In this document: one piece after another, positions 36,301 to 48,345 of the stretch
How the letters are laid out: each line of letters opens with the position of its first letter
Numbering within the stretch: the first letter of the stretch is position 1
NCBI RefSeq assembly: GCF_037042905.1
Contig: NC_087252.1
Span: 22,508,001 to 22,572,000 of the forward strand
Source: Lytechinus pictus
Taxonomy: Eukaryota
Reading direction: 5' to 3'
Length of the DNA stretch: 64,000 nucleotides
The notes under the pieces: model-generated
Seen by the model: the letters and a program-made list of their open reading frames with translations, nothing else
The model's database searches: none
Told to the model about the DNA's origin: nothing
Made by a program: the position numbers and the translations under genes

Positions 36301-39300
36301 GCTCCTAGGATTATAATCTGTCGGACCGAAAAATGTTTCGTCAAGAACCGACTCACTGGGGCTGAAAGAGTGAAGAAAAAAAATAATTCACAGAGAAATA
36401 TTACACTGCAATGTGAGGTAAGTTTTCTTTATCTTCAAATACAACCCTTTGGACTCCGTCTTAAAGAGAGTTGTGGTTGATCCGATCAGAATTGGACACG
36501 TAAAGGCAAAGACAATAACTGCAGTCCTATCCTAAATTATAGGCCAACATTGTACCAATTTGCTGTAGACCTATGAAAAATATGATCTTGATAGATTTCC
36601 AAAATTGAGATTGATTGGATTAATCACAACATCGTGTATGTCTAGACCAACGAACGTAGAGGGCAGCAACACAGGGCAAACCATAGTTGGGCAAACAGAG
36701 TTATGAATAGATAAAGTGTTGCTGCCCTCTACGTTCATTGGTCTGGTCCCTGAAGGCTGAAATAGTATCCCTAAATTAGACCCCCCAAAAGCCAATCTGG
36801 AATAAAATTATTGGAAATAGTTTTTCAACTGATCTGAGTAGGTATGGGTGTCAACAATTCACCCCAAAAAAGTTAGGAGGAATACGGGTTTCATATATAC
36901 TGTGTAATGGTATCTCTGAGATGGAAAGGCGCAGGTTGGTGATAGGTGTGTCAAAATGCACAAATTTTTTACCAGAATATCAAATAAGATAAATTTTAGT
37001 ACCTAGAATGCACATTCACCGATAAAATTCAAGGTCAAAGCCTTTCAAAGGTCAATGACCTTTATTTACATTATATACCATACAGTATTACGGTTTCTCT
37101 GAGATGATAAGGTGCAGGTTGGTGATCATGCATGGTGTCAAAATGCACAGATTCTTACAAGAAGATCAAATAAAATAAATTTTAGTACCTAGAATGGACA
37201 TTCACCAATACAATTCAAGGTCAAAGCTATTCAAAGGTCATTGACCTTTTTACATTATATACCATATACCTTTTCATATATACTGTGTAATGGTATCTCT
37301 GAGATGGAAAGGCGCAGGTTGGTGATTATGGTGTCAACATGCACAGATTCTTACCAGAAGATCAAATATAATAAAATTAAGTACCTAGAATGCACATTCA
37401 CCCATACAATTTAAGGCCAAAGGTCAATGACCTTTAACATATTACATACCATATTATATAATGGTATCTCTTAGATAAAACGGCGCAGGTTGGTGTTCCT
37501 GGTGTCAAAATACACAGATTCTTACAGGAAGATTAAGTAAAAAAAAATTAAGCATCCAGAATGCATATTCACCTATAAGATTCAGGGACAAAGGTCAATG
37601 CCCTTTTTAACATAAAATAATAATAATGATATCTCTGAAATAAAACATCGCAGGTTCGTGATCTTGGTGCCAAATGCAAAGATTTGTACAAGAAGATTAA
37701 AAGACACCAAAATAAGTATAAAGAATAAACTTTCACCCTTGAAATCCAAGATCAGAGGAAATATATCTATATATATAATATGTATGACATAAAAATAACT
37801 AAACATTTTATCCTTTGTGTTCATATTTTATTCGTGAATAATGTAAATAAATATGGCTAAAATTTTGTAATGAAAACAAGGTTTCATAATTTCAGTCTGA
37901 AATATTGAAGGTCATGGAGAATGTATTTAGGGGTCAGAGGTCAATGAACTCTTTCCAAAATATCAGTGGAAATTAAGTAAAAAAAAGTTGATAACCAAAT
38001 AACACTTCTTTATATATTGTGATGCATTGCCAAAAGCAATAAAAAAAAGTGAAATCAAGTATATAATTTGAAATGATTTTTGTCTCGCCTGCATAGCAGA
38101 GCGAGACTATAGGTGCCGCTTTTCCGACGGCGACGGCGGCGGCGGCGGCGTCAACATCAAATCTTAACCTAAGGTTAAGTTTTTGAAATGACATCATAAC
38201 TTAGAAAGTATATGGACCTAGTTCATGAAACTTGGACATAAGGTTAATCAAGTATTACTGAACATCCTGCTTGAGTTTCAGGTCACATGACTAAGGTAAA
38301 AGGTCATTTAGGGTCAATGAACTTAGACCATGTTGGGAGAATTATTTTCAAAATCTTAACCGAAGGTTAGTTTTTGAAATGACATCATAACTTAGAAAGT
38401 ATATGGACCTAGTTCATGAAACTTGTACATAAGGTTAATCAAGTATTAGTGAACATCCTTCCTGAGTTTCAGGTCACATGGCCAAGGTCAAAGGTCATTT
38501 AGGGTCAATGAACTTTGGCCAAGTTGGGGGTATTTGTTGAATTACCTTCATAACTTTGAAAATTTATGGATCTAGTTCATGAAACTTGGACATTAGGTTA
38601 TTCAAGTACCACTGAATATCCTGTGCGAGTTTCAGGTCACATGACCATGGTCAGTGGTCATTTAAGGTCAATGAACTTTGGCCGTGTTGGGGGTCTTTGT
38701 TAAATTACCATCCTAACTCTGAAGGTTTATGGATCTAGTTCATAAAACTTGGACATAAGAGTAATCGAGTATCACTGAACATCCTGTACGAGTTTCAGGT
38801 CACATGACCATGGTCAAAGGTCATTTAAGGTCAATGAACTTTGGCCGTGTTGGGGGTATTTGTTGAATTACCATCCTAACTCTGAAGTTTATGGATCTAT
38901 TTCATAAAACTTGGGATATAAGAGTAATCAAGTATCACTAAACATCCCCTGTGAGTTTCAGGTCACAAAACCAAGGTCAGTTAAGGTCAATAAACTTAGG
39001 CCATGTTGGGGTAATTGTTGAATTGCCATCATAACTTTGAAAGTTTATGGATAGAGTGAATGAAATGTGGACATGGGTGTATTTGACAAGTCTTAAGTCA
39101 CCGTTCAAATGTCATCTATGGTCAATGAACGTGGTATTATGTCATTATATGAATGGTGTGTTTGTGAATGATTATTTTATAGTAGTTTTCAAAGTTAGCA
39201 CTGCTGCTATATTAAATTGCGTAATGTAGGCGAGACTGCCAGAGGCGTTCCACTTGTTATCTTAAGTAGCAGCATTTAATGCATCATAATATCTAAATCA

Positions 39301-42300
39301 AGGTTGTCGTGTCTTTTTCTCTCCAGCGATAGGCCACTCACCTCAATGCTATAATAAATACTATTAGCTTAATCTTCTGAAAATGTATAGGATAGGTCTA
39401 ACTCTCATGTCACAGCTAGCATCATCTGAGAGCATTTCCAATCAGCAGAGGGATGATGATGAAGATGAAATGAAGGCCATCATTAGAGCTGCGGCTTCTG
39501 TCATAGTAAATGGCTTTAAGTGTCTGACATTACATATCTCAACTTCAACAAAGATGAATTCCCGTATTATTATTAATTACCTCTCATTGCGAGCTGCCAG
39601 AATCTCTTGAGGTGCTAATGCTGCAGGACAAAACTTCATATCTGCTCTTTGCCTTACGTCACACAGGATGCTATTTCTACTAGGTATCAGTTTGAACAAG
39701 GATCATGTATTTGGTCTAGAACAACTTATTGTTATCATGCACTAATTGGGCATATAATAATGAAATTCAAAAGGAGATTATAGCTTACAAGTACACATAC
39801 ATCGACCTAAACTAACAAAACTCCTACAGCACCACTTCCAGTTCTTGAGAATCAAGCTGTGCAATATATCAGTAATAATAAGATTCTGGTCTGATATCCC
39901 TTGACAGAACGTTAGGCTTTCATTGAATGGGACAGATCAAAGTCCTGAAAATGTCAGAAGGTTTTCAAGAGTTTAATCACTCTTTGCTGAAGTTGAGACA
40001 CTTAACTTCATTTACTATGACAAAATCTGCAGCTCTAATGATTGCCTTATTTTAAATGACCTTAATTTAATTTGACCTTGAACTTTTTGGATTAATATGC
40101 ATTCTAGATGATTGAATTTATCTTATTTGACCTTCCTGTAAGAATCTGTGCATTTTGACACAAAGATCACCAACCTGTGCCATTTCATCTCAGAGATACT
40201 ATTATTATATACAGTATTATATAAAGTATGATACAAATGTAAAAAAAAGGTCATTGAACTTTGAAAGGATTTGACCTTGAATGTTATTGTTTAATGTGCA
40301 TTATGGGTACTTAATTTTATTTTATTTGATCTTCCTGTAAGAACCTCTGCATTTTCACACCAAGATCACCAACCTATGCCTTTTCATCTCAGAGATACCA
40401 TTATACCGTATATGGTATATAATGTATAAAAAGGTCATTGACCTTTGAAAGGCTTTGACCTTGAACTTCATGGGTGAATGAGCATTCTGGGTACTAAATT
40501 TTATTTTATTTGATCTTCCTGTAAGAACCTCTGCATTTTGACACCAAGATAACCAACCTGCGCCTTTTCATCCCAGAGATACCATTATACCGTTTATAAT
40601 GTAAAAAAAGGTCATTGTCCTTTGAAAGGCTTTGACCTTGAATTTCATGGGTGAATGAGCATTGTGGGTACTTTATTTTATTTCATCTTCCTGTTAGAAC
40701 CTCTGCATTTTAACACCAAGATCACCAACCTGCGCCTTTCCATCTCAGAGATACCATTATACAGTATATATGAAAAGGTCATTGACCTTTGACCTTGAAA
40801 AAAAAAAAAAAAATTTCCCCAACCCGTATTCCTCCTAACTTTTTTTGGGTAAATGTTGACACCCATACCTACTCAAATCAGCCAAAAAACCATTTCCAAT
40901 AATTTTATTCCAGATGGTTACTAATTACGGGATACTAAAAGTAAAAATGGAGCGCAGTATAAACCATGTGGAGCGTTGTGGCCCAGTGGATTAGTCTCCG
41001 GACTTTGAAACAGAGGGTTGTGGGTTCGAATCCCAGCCATGGCGTAATTTCCTTCGGCAAGAAATTTATCCACATTGTGCTGCACTCAACCCAGGTGAGG
41101 TGAATGGGTACCTGGCAGGAATTTATTCCTTGAAATGCATGTGCGCTGTAATCTTAGTAATTACGGCTGCCAAGCTACAGCTGGGGTAATAATATCCAAG
41201 TCCTTTGGAAGCGCATAGAGACATTATTCATAATCGTGATATGCGCTATACAAGAACTGTTTATTATTATTATTATTATTATTAAAAGTCGAAGTGCATA
41301 GAGAATAAAATATGCTCGAAATTTATCATTGTGCAGGAAATAACATAAGGAACAGTATTAAACTAATCGCCGATTAAAAGGAAATATGGAACGCAGTATA
41401 AAGCATTTATTTGGACGCCCCCTCTGAAACGCCCCCGACTACGTACCCCTACAAGTTCCCCAAATTCACGACGTCAGGATATGGAATTGCGGCGTTTAAT
41501 AAATTTACTTTTGGGTTTGCTGGCTTTTGGCTTTCGAAAGCGCGTGCGTGTATTATACATACGGCACCCGGGAATTGCATTTTGGTTGTTCTGTATCTGG
41601 CCCTTAGCACTCTTCTGGCCAATCTTTTTTTCTGAACACTGTGATTTTCGTTCCTTAATTTCTGAATGCTTCAGAATAGATAATCCTCAAGGAATTTTCT
41701 ATTTTTGGGACAAAGAAATTCCAAGCCCAATGTTATATCTACGCCTTAATGGTTTTTGAGAGATTGTTAACATAAATGTTGGTTTGTAATAATTATCCAT
41801 TTGATGGAGGTTGATTCATATTACTCCTGTTGGACATGTTGGAATGCAACATGTTGTAATTATTTCACGGACGGGGATATTCAGTGCTAATCCTCCTAAA
41901 TAAAACCAAGGTATCAAAATACCTGGGAAGTGTCCCGAGTGTTGGATTATTTATGTTCATTGGCAGAGAATAGCCAACTTTCTTTATTTCAATTAAGTCA
42001 CAAACTTGTGTCGTTAGTGGCGCTTGTAACAGCGCAACGTATACAGACACTCAATCATCTGGATATTTCTTTCTTGCACATTTCTGATAATCGCGCATTT
42101 TTTTCAAGTTATGGAAATCTTGAGAACCACAACTCCAAAACGGAGTATTGCAAATCAACTAGTTGAACTTCCTTCCTTTCCTTTGAAGAAGAAATTGTGT
42201 GTTTTATCAACCCTCAAGGAATATCTACATCGTACTAAACCGCTTCGTGAATGTCATGGCGAATCAAAGCTCTTTATTTCTACTAAGAAACCTCACAAAT

Positions 42301-45300
42301 CTGTATGTTCTAGTACTTTGGCAAGATGGCTGAAAACCACTTTGTATGCTTCGGGCATTGATACCACAGTGTTTTCAGCTCATAGTTTTAGAAGTGCAGC
42401 TACTTCTTCTGCATACGCACATGGTGTCACGTTGAAAGAAATAATGAAGAAAGCTGACTGGTCAAATGCCCAAACTTTCTAACAATTTTACCACGAACCA
42501 ATCGTCGTTACATATTCTTTTGCATCTTATGATTTAGGACAAACTTCATAAATAAATGGTTTTATCCCATGACATATCACTATGATGTAGAAGTTCAAGC
42601 TGTAATTGAATAGATTTTGTTATTTTAAGAAGGATGAAGTCATTTAGTCTGTGCGTTATCCGATCACTCATGATAATTCTACATGGGTATGAAATGTTGT
42701 TTTTCTTTTTAGTAAGAAGGTGTTAACTTCCTCCGAGTGTTTTTTCCTCTTAGCGTTTGAATACATTACAATTATTTCATTATATAGAAAATGAATATCC
42801 TACCAAAATAAAGAAGATGAAGGATAAGAAATTAAAAAGAAAAAGAATTTAAAAAAGAAGAAGATGAGGAAGAATGATATAAAGAATGTTACACATTCAG
42901 GATGATACGAAAGGAATTAAGTATAATAAAAATAAAAAACCTTGTTATGTTTGTTACCAAGGTTCTTGACATGGGTAAACGTGATTATAAACTCAGATTA
43001 AAGTGTTGTGTTATTCATGCCTTATCCTATATCCGTTTCATCTCAGTTTCTGTGATTTTAGCTTTGAACATGCTAACCCTCTGAAGACTTGTACAAATGT
43101 TACGTAATATATAGGATTCCTAAATTATGCAAATAACATGAAGTATATAATTAGAATTCTATTAGTAATAATGTAGTAAAAGTCGAAGAGGGTCCCACCC
43201 TAAGGATATTTTTAAAGATCCCCTCCCTTCCTCTTTGGGTTTGTATTGTTCAAATCACAGAATCTGCCATGTTTGCCTTGTATGTAGTGTACTATTATCA
43301 TGATTATGTGTTTTGTGATTGAGTATGAGTCCATTGTGATAACAACCTTTTCATGCTTGGTATTTTTTTTATAACCTTCTGTGAACCAGTTAGTGTGATA
43401 TGTTTGTTTGATGTCTGGATGTGATTATCTGGATGAATTTCTTTTAGGTGTCCTTTTTTGGCAACATTTCACTCTTTTTTGTCGCGTGTTATTTATTAGA
43501 GCCTCTCTTCACTTTGAAAAGATGATTACATGCGACATCGACTCCTATTTATAGGGTCCCTTACCTCATTTGAATTTTAAATTACTTTGAATTTCTTTTG
43601 TGTGGTCTCACTGCCTAGCACCTGGAAATATGCTAACCCTCTTCGACTTGTACTACATTATTACTAATAGAATTCTAATTATACTTCATATTATTTGCAT
43701 AATTTAGGAATTCTAATATACTTTACACACTCCAAAAAGGACAGTTTACCCAATTAACATTTGACAAACGTGGAACATGCACGCTTGTTGGGTAAAATGA
43801 TACCAAATACTCCATGTAATTTTTTTACCCAAATACATGTTTTAATGGTACATTTCTTTTCAACGCAACTTTGGCAATGTTGCGTTGAAAAGAAATGTAC
43901 CATTAAAACATGTATATATTTATACGGGTCAATATCTTACCAACAAACATGCATGCTCCCCAGTGGCGTACCTGGGATTTTTCGCAGGGGGGGCAAAACC
44001 GTCCGCCAAAAAATTTGACAAGCCAAAAAAATAAATAAATAAAAAAATAAAGGTCTTCAATCACAAATGAAGGATTTCGTACCAGAAAAAAATTTGACAA
44101 GCAAAAAAAAAAAAAAAAAAAAAAAGGTCTTCAAGCTCGTCAGGGGGGGGGGGCAGGGATACGTCCTTTGCATGGGTTGTGGCTCGTCAGGGGGGCAGAC
44201 TGCCCCCTCTGCCCCCCCCCCCCCCCGTAGGTACGCTAGTGATGCTCCCCCTCCACCCAATAATGGACAATTTTGTACACAATCCTTTCTAAAGTGCAGG
44301 GGGAAAAAAGAAAAGGACTTTTTTGCTATCTCTCCCTCTCCCCACTTCACAACCCTTTGTCGTCCCACAAAGAACCCCCAAGGTCCCAACACAATAAATG
44401 GGTAAGTGTGACAGTTAACTCGGTAATGGTGTGAGTGGTAATTTTTTTTAACTGATTGCTAAGAAATCCAAAATGGTTTTAAGCAAGCAACCAGGGGACG
44501 TATTTGGCTTTACCCCAATGGAGCCAGGTAATTTGGACTCGAGATCTCAGCGCAAGCGCCGCAAAATTTTGCACATAATACATAACTCGATACTGCCCCC
44601 AAACTGCTAATTTTCTATTCGGAGAATTTTTGTAGAATTCCGGCCAAATGTACGAATAAAAAATCGGTATCGCAATTGTTTACGTATTCAGTTTTCTTTT
44701 TTTCATATTTTATTTGTTTCGACTTTTTGTTTTTAATTGTCTATTCGATGGAATTCGGCGACTGAATTCTGACCATAAACACAGTTAGTTGATTTTAATC
44801 AGTAAAAGTAGATATAACGCGACATTTATGAATTTTGGCTGAAAAGACAATTTGAATCGTACATGAATTCACTCTTCTTTTTTTTTAGCAAGTTTGGGTG
44901 TGACATGTGCGAAGCAGATTAATTGCGAACAAAATGTCGAGGTGGCGATTTCCGGCCGCCCCAATCCTTGTAGCGTTATGGTCCTCCCCATGGACCTGGT
45001 AATGGGGATACATTACCGAGCTGAGCGATCCGTCGTGAATTCAATGCAATGTTTATAGTTAAATCATAGAGCTATCTGTAATAGCTCTATAGTTAAATCA
45101 TGCAGGGGTGTGAGTGGTCACAAATAAGAAGATCTGAAAAAAGCTGAACAGTGTTGGACAATTCTGAAATAGAAAGAGCTCCCACACTTTTTGTACGGAG
45201 GAAAGCCAAAAAGGCTGAAATTAAACTGAAAATAAAAACAACAAAATTAAAAACAGCTCAAAATCTGAACTCTCACACTCCTGATCATGATTCGCAGTCC

Positions 45301-47016
45301 CATTTGCCCATACTGGATTTTATTTGTTTATAACATACCAGTTGATCGAGGTGTGTGACAAGAAAAAAACAAACCGTGAACACTAAACATACTACGTTAC
45401 AAAATGGAGATTGAATAGATTGTGATATGCTTGCAGTTAATTAGAAATAAGAATATCAGTAATCAATAAGAATTTCAACAACCATGGGTTTGCATTTGTT
45501 AGACAAGGTAGATCACAATTTTGGGTTAAAATTCAATTCTCGGTTTTACTTACTAAATTTTCGTTAACTTTTTGATCCGGTTGAATGAAAATGAAAGATT
45601 TTGAACAAGAGAGCTCAGGGCGAAAACAGAAAAATCAAAGAAACAGATCAACGAATGTCTGAGAAAATTGAATAAATGGTAAGAGAGTTATGAGCATTTT
45701 AAGTTTAGATCATTATTGTAATGTAGATCCTCTCATTAGCAATGCGACAAACATGTTTGATGTCACTTGTGAGCGACTTTCCCATTACTTTTCTATATCA
45801 TATTTCACTCAAAGTGCCTCTTTTATCGCATCTATCAGTAGATCATATTTTTTTTCTAAGGAGGGCATGTAATACATGTACAGGTTTTCAAAGAATAAAT
45901 TATGGATAGAGAGTTTGTATCACCGTAAGAGCAAAACGAGACATTTTGGAGGTATTTTATAGTCCACCAAAGGAAAAGTTGTTCATATGTGACATCACAC
46001 ATCTTCGTCGCATTGCCAATGGGAGGATTTCCATAGCATTTGTGATCGCAATATTCAAATGCTCAAAACTTTCTCATAATTTGTCCAATTTTTCTCAAAC
46101 TTTCTTTGATCTTTTTCTTTGATTTTTTTCTATTTCCACACAAGCTCACTTGTGCCGAATGTTTCATTCCCCTTTTACATGTTTAACTCTTTTAAGTTAA
46201 ATTATTGATTTTTTTTTCTTTGTCAGTTCTTCCATCACCCCGTCACTTGCGCATAGAGGGAGGTGGCACTTGTGGGGCTGGGTCGGCACCCCTCTAAATG
46301 TTACAAGACTAAGAATAAACAAAACAGTCATGGGAAATAAGGTAGGGCAAGAAAAATCATCTTTAGCATTCAAAAACTATGTCGAAATCTATCACAAAAT
46401 TAGATTGTGTCGCTCGATTCGCTTTATTGCAATATCTTTTAAAGATTTTGCCCTAAGTGCAGTGTTTCGCCCTCTCAGAATTATTGACTCATTACCGACA
46501 TAATTAAAAATGATGATTTTTATGATGATCACACACACGACAACATTATCGTAATCAATGGTGTTCAACTGTAAGATGATGTTACTGTTGATTCTGATGG
46601 CCTACCTCGATATCATCAACATCATTTCATATATCAATACATTTCTAGGATCAAAACCCACAGCAACATTATCATTACCATCATCATCGTCGTCATATTG
46701 TCATCATCACCACCATCATCACCATCATCACCACCACCAACATCATCATCACCATCATCATCATCGTCATCACCATCATCATCATCACCATCATCATCAT
46801 CATATCGATAATGAACTTACCCAATAAATATGTAAGTCCTTGAGCAAGTCCTGAGACGAGTCCCACGAGGCCTGTAGTCGTATCAAGGTCCCTGGTGATA
46901 TCGTTCAGGAAGACGCCGTAGCTCTTCAGGACACCTACTTCAAGGAAGATGGTCAAGGAGACGCCGGCGAGAATGAGCCACCTCCTCAGTGACGGTTTGT
47001 ATGACTCCTCCACCAT
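33130..47016 (-). CDS. SLC16: SLC16/monocarboxylate transporter family MFS protein, 4 coding exons, 483 aa
   Basis: join(-): 46821-47016, 36221-36361, 33577-34515, 33130-33305 = 1452 nt, phase-consistent. Motifs RWLIL..KSYGVF, RYFPDK, YGWRQAMLLLG, large central loop, GR in TM8 and GWLFDKSNSYDASF. The specific paralog cannot be assigned. Confidence 0.92.
33577..34515 (-). CDS. SLC16: SLC16 transporter coding exon 3
   Basis: GIGYSMVTFPAHALPVRYFPDK...GLPVGGFTV|gtaagt. Lies within the ORF at 33467-34501. Confidence 0.94.
34700..35400. repeat. Degenerate ~35 bp tandem array bounded by inverted ends (MITE-like)
   Basis: Recurrent AGGTTT(C/A)CAAAT..G.AAACCT. Ends are GATGAAGGAAAAAAGTAAGTTTC and GAAACTTACTTTTTTTCTTTCATC. 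Confidence 0.65.
36221..36361 (-). CDS. SLC16: SLC16 transporter coding exon 2
   Basis: APVSRFLTKHFSVRQIIILGAIIGTSCYIMTSFSQSSWQFGAALLSS. Confidence 0.9.
36643..36745. mobile_element. 103 bp hairpin MITE, Academ-like termini
   Basis: About 29 bp inverted arms, YAG termini and a 3 bp GTC TSD. Confidence 0.7.
36763..40937. mobile_element. Non-autonomous Academ-like element, 4.2 kb
   Basis: TAGTATCCC...GGGATACTA termini with an AAA TSD. About 95 bp of inverted repeat just inside. Inverted subterminal ~125-130 bp tandem arrays at 36890-37760 and 40050-40800. Confidence 0.75.
38077..39258 (+). mobile_element. Helentron-derived HINE (DINE-1-like) nested in the Academ-like element
   Basis: 5' TTTTTGTCTCGCCTGCA..GCGAGAC subTIR hairpin, (GGC)n microsatellite, ~120 bp AAGGTCA tandem repeats, then 3' GTAGGCGAGAC, a short hairpin and CTTGTT. 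Confidence 0.8.
40970..41284 (+). mobile_element. Full-length tRNA-derived SINE
   Basis: A box TGGCCCAGTGGATTAG, B box GGGTTCGAATCCC, conserved core and (TTA)n tail. Related copies at 3030, 18300 and 30070. Confidence 0.9.
41285..43715 (+). mobile_element. Internally deleted DIRS-like retrotransposon
   Basis: YR remnant plus inverted repeat 43111-43193/43636-43715, with partial matches at 41285 and 43070, resembling the DIRS ITR/ICR layout. No RT/RNaseH seen. Confidence 0.6.
41790..42510 (+). pseudogene. Degenerate DIRS-type tyrosine recombinase
   Basis: RGIFSANPPK..RYQNTWEVSRVLDYL, LVTAQRIQTL, LARWLKTTL and FSAHSFRSAATS..ADWSNAQTF*QFY. Frameshift near 42100 and an in-frame stop at 42480. 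Confidence 0.85.
43961..44241. mobile_element. hAT-like MITE
   Basis: CAGTGGCGTACCT...AGGTACGCTAGTG, with a perfect 8 bp TSD ATGCTCCC. Confidence 0.85.
45590..46177. mobile_element. Degenerate Kolobok-like element with long inverted arms
   Basis: About 45630-45780 is the inverted counterpart of about 45975-46130. The right end is CCCCTTTTA. Boundaries are approximate. Confidence 0.55.
46680..46805 (+). repeat. (CAT/CAC)n microsatellite
   Basis: Direct inspection. Intronic, next to the SLC16 exon 1 donor. Confidence 0.9.
46821..47016 (-). CDS. SLC16: SLC16 transporter coding exon 1
   Basis: MVEESYKPSLRRWLILAGVSLTIFLEVGVLKSYGVFL...GLTYLL|gtaagt. Confidence 0.9.
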
Positions 47017-47189
47017 CTTGGTATGTATATGCACGTCTTTCTAAGTCGGGATTTTGTCCTAGTCGAGTCTTTCTTGTTCAAGTCTTTCCTTGTCAAGACT
47101 TTCCTTGTCAAGTCTTAATATTCGGGTGTATCCTAGTCAAACCTTCACTTGTCACATCTTTCCTATTCTGATCTTTAATTCCTATTCTA

Positions 47190-47660
47190 GTCTTTCTTAG
47201 TCAAGCCTTTAATGGTCAAGTCTTTCCCAGTCAAGCCTTTCCTGGTCAAGTCTTTTCTAGTCAAGCCTTTCCTGGTCAAGTCTTTTCTAGTCAAGCCTTT
47301 CCTGGTCAAGCCTTTCCTGGTCAAGTCTTTCCTAGTCAAGCCTTTCCTGGTCAAGTCTTTCCTAGTCAAGCCTTTCCTGGTCAAGCCTTTCCTGGTCAAG
47401 CCTTTCCTAGTCAAGCCTTTCCTGGTCAAGTCATCCCCAGTCAAGCCTTTCCTGGTCAAATCTTTCCTAGTCAAGCCTTTCCTGGTCAAGTCTTTCCCAG
47501 TCGAGCCTTTCCTGGTCAAGTCTTCCCTAGTCACGTCTTTCCTAGTGATATATTTCCTAGTCATACCCTTCCAGGTGAATTATTTCCTATAGTCAAGTCT
47601 TTATTCCTTGTCAAGACTTTCATTGTCAAGTCTCTAGTAGTCAAGTCTTTCTTGTCAAGA
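47190..47660 (+). repeat. 15 bp minisatellite (T(A/G)GTCAAG(C/T)CTTTCC)n
   Basis: About 25 well-conserved units with degenerate flanks reaching to about 47050. Confidence 0.95.
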
Positions 47661-48345
47661 CATCCTTAGCTTGTCACATCGAAAGAGAATTTGATTGTGT
47701 CAACATAAACAAAGTTCCTCAGAGCTGTATATACTCTAGTCCAGAATATGACCTGTTCTCCTATTCCTTTTCCTTCACTTGACGAATGTCAGCAAGTGCG
47801 GCGTCATCGGGCGAGGAAAAAGACTGACAAGTCTGCAGAAGCTGAAGATTTAGTTATTACAGTTCTTTGTCATGCCATCTGGGGGAATTTCGGAGGGTTA
47901 TTGATATGATTCCCGGGTTTAAGAAGGAAGATGCTCGATACACCGAACAATGGTTAAAACAAACTAAACTTGCCAGTCACTACGAATTATCAAGGCCAAG
48001 TTTAAGGCTGTCACAAGCCGGCATCTATTAAATGTCTTACTCGATAAAGGCCTTCGGTTGATGTGAGCCACATACCGGAACAACAGTAACTTACATACGT
48101 ACGTGTAGCTACAATTTTCTTTACTGATACCGTGGGATGTGACCTTATGACTCTATTCAAAATCTGAATACAAACATAAAGGATCGAGTTGTGTTATTGA
48201 ATGATCGACTGAAAAATCAATTTTCATCCCAGACGAGTCTCACTTTATTATGTACATGTACACATTGATCCACATGACTACGCATAGTTATATAGACACT
48301 GCAAAACTATACTGTATATATTTCATACGTCATGTATGTTGTTAT

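Noticed and set aside
40970..41045. tRNA gene
   Set aside because: A/B boxes are present, but the sequence continues into a SINE core and (TTA)n tail, with multiple copies in the window.
42111..42482. Prophage integrase or bacterial contamination
   Set aside because: The motifs match DIRS-type eukaryotic YR, the ORF is broken, and it lies in an intron of a spliced gene.
47187..47592. (TRKGL)n / (VKPFL)n pentapeptide-repeat ORFs
   Set aside because: A 15 bp minisatellite that is stop-free by chance. It is not joined in frame to the SLC16 CDS.
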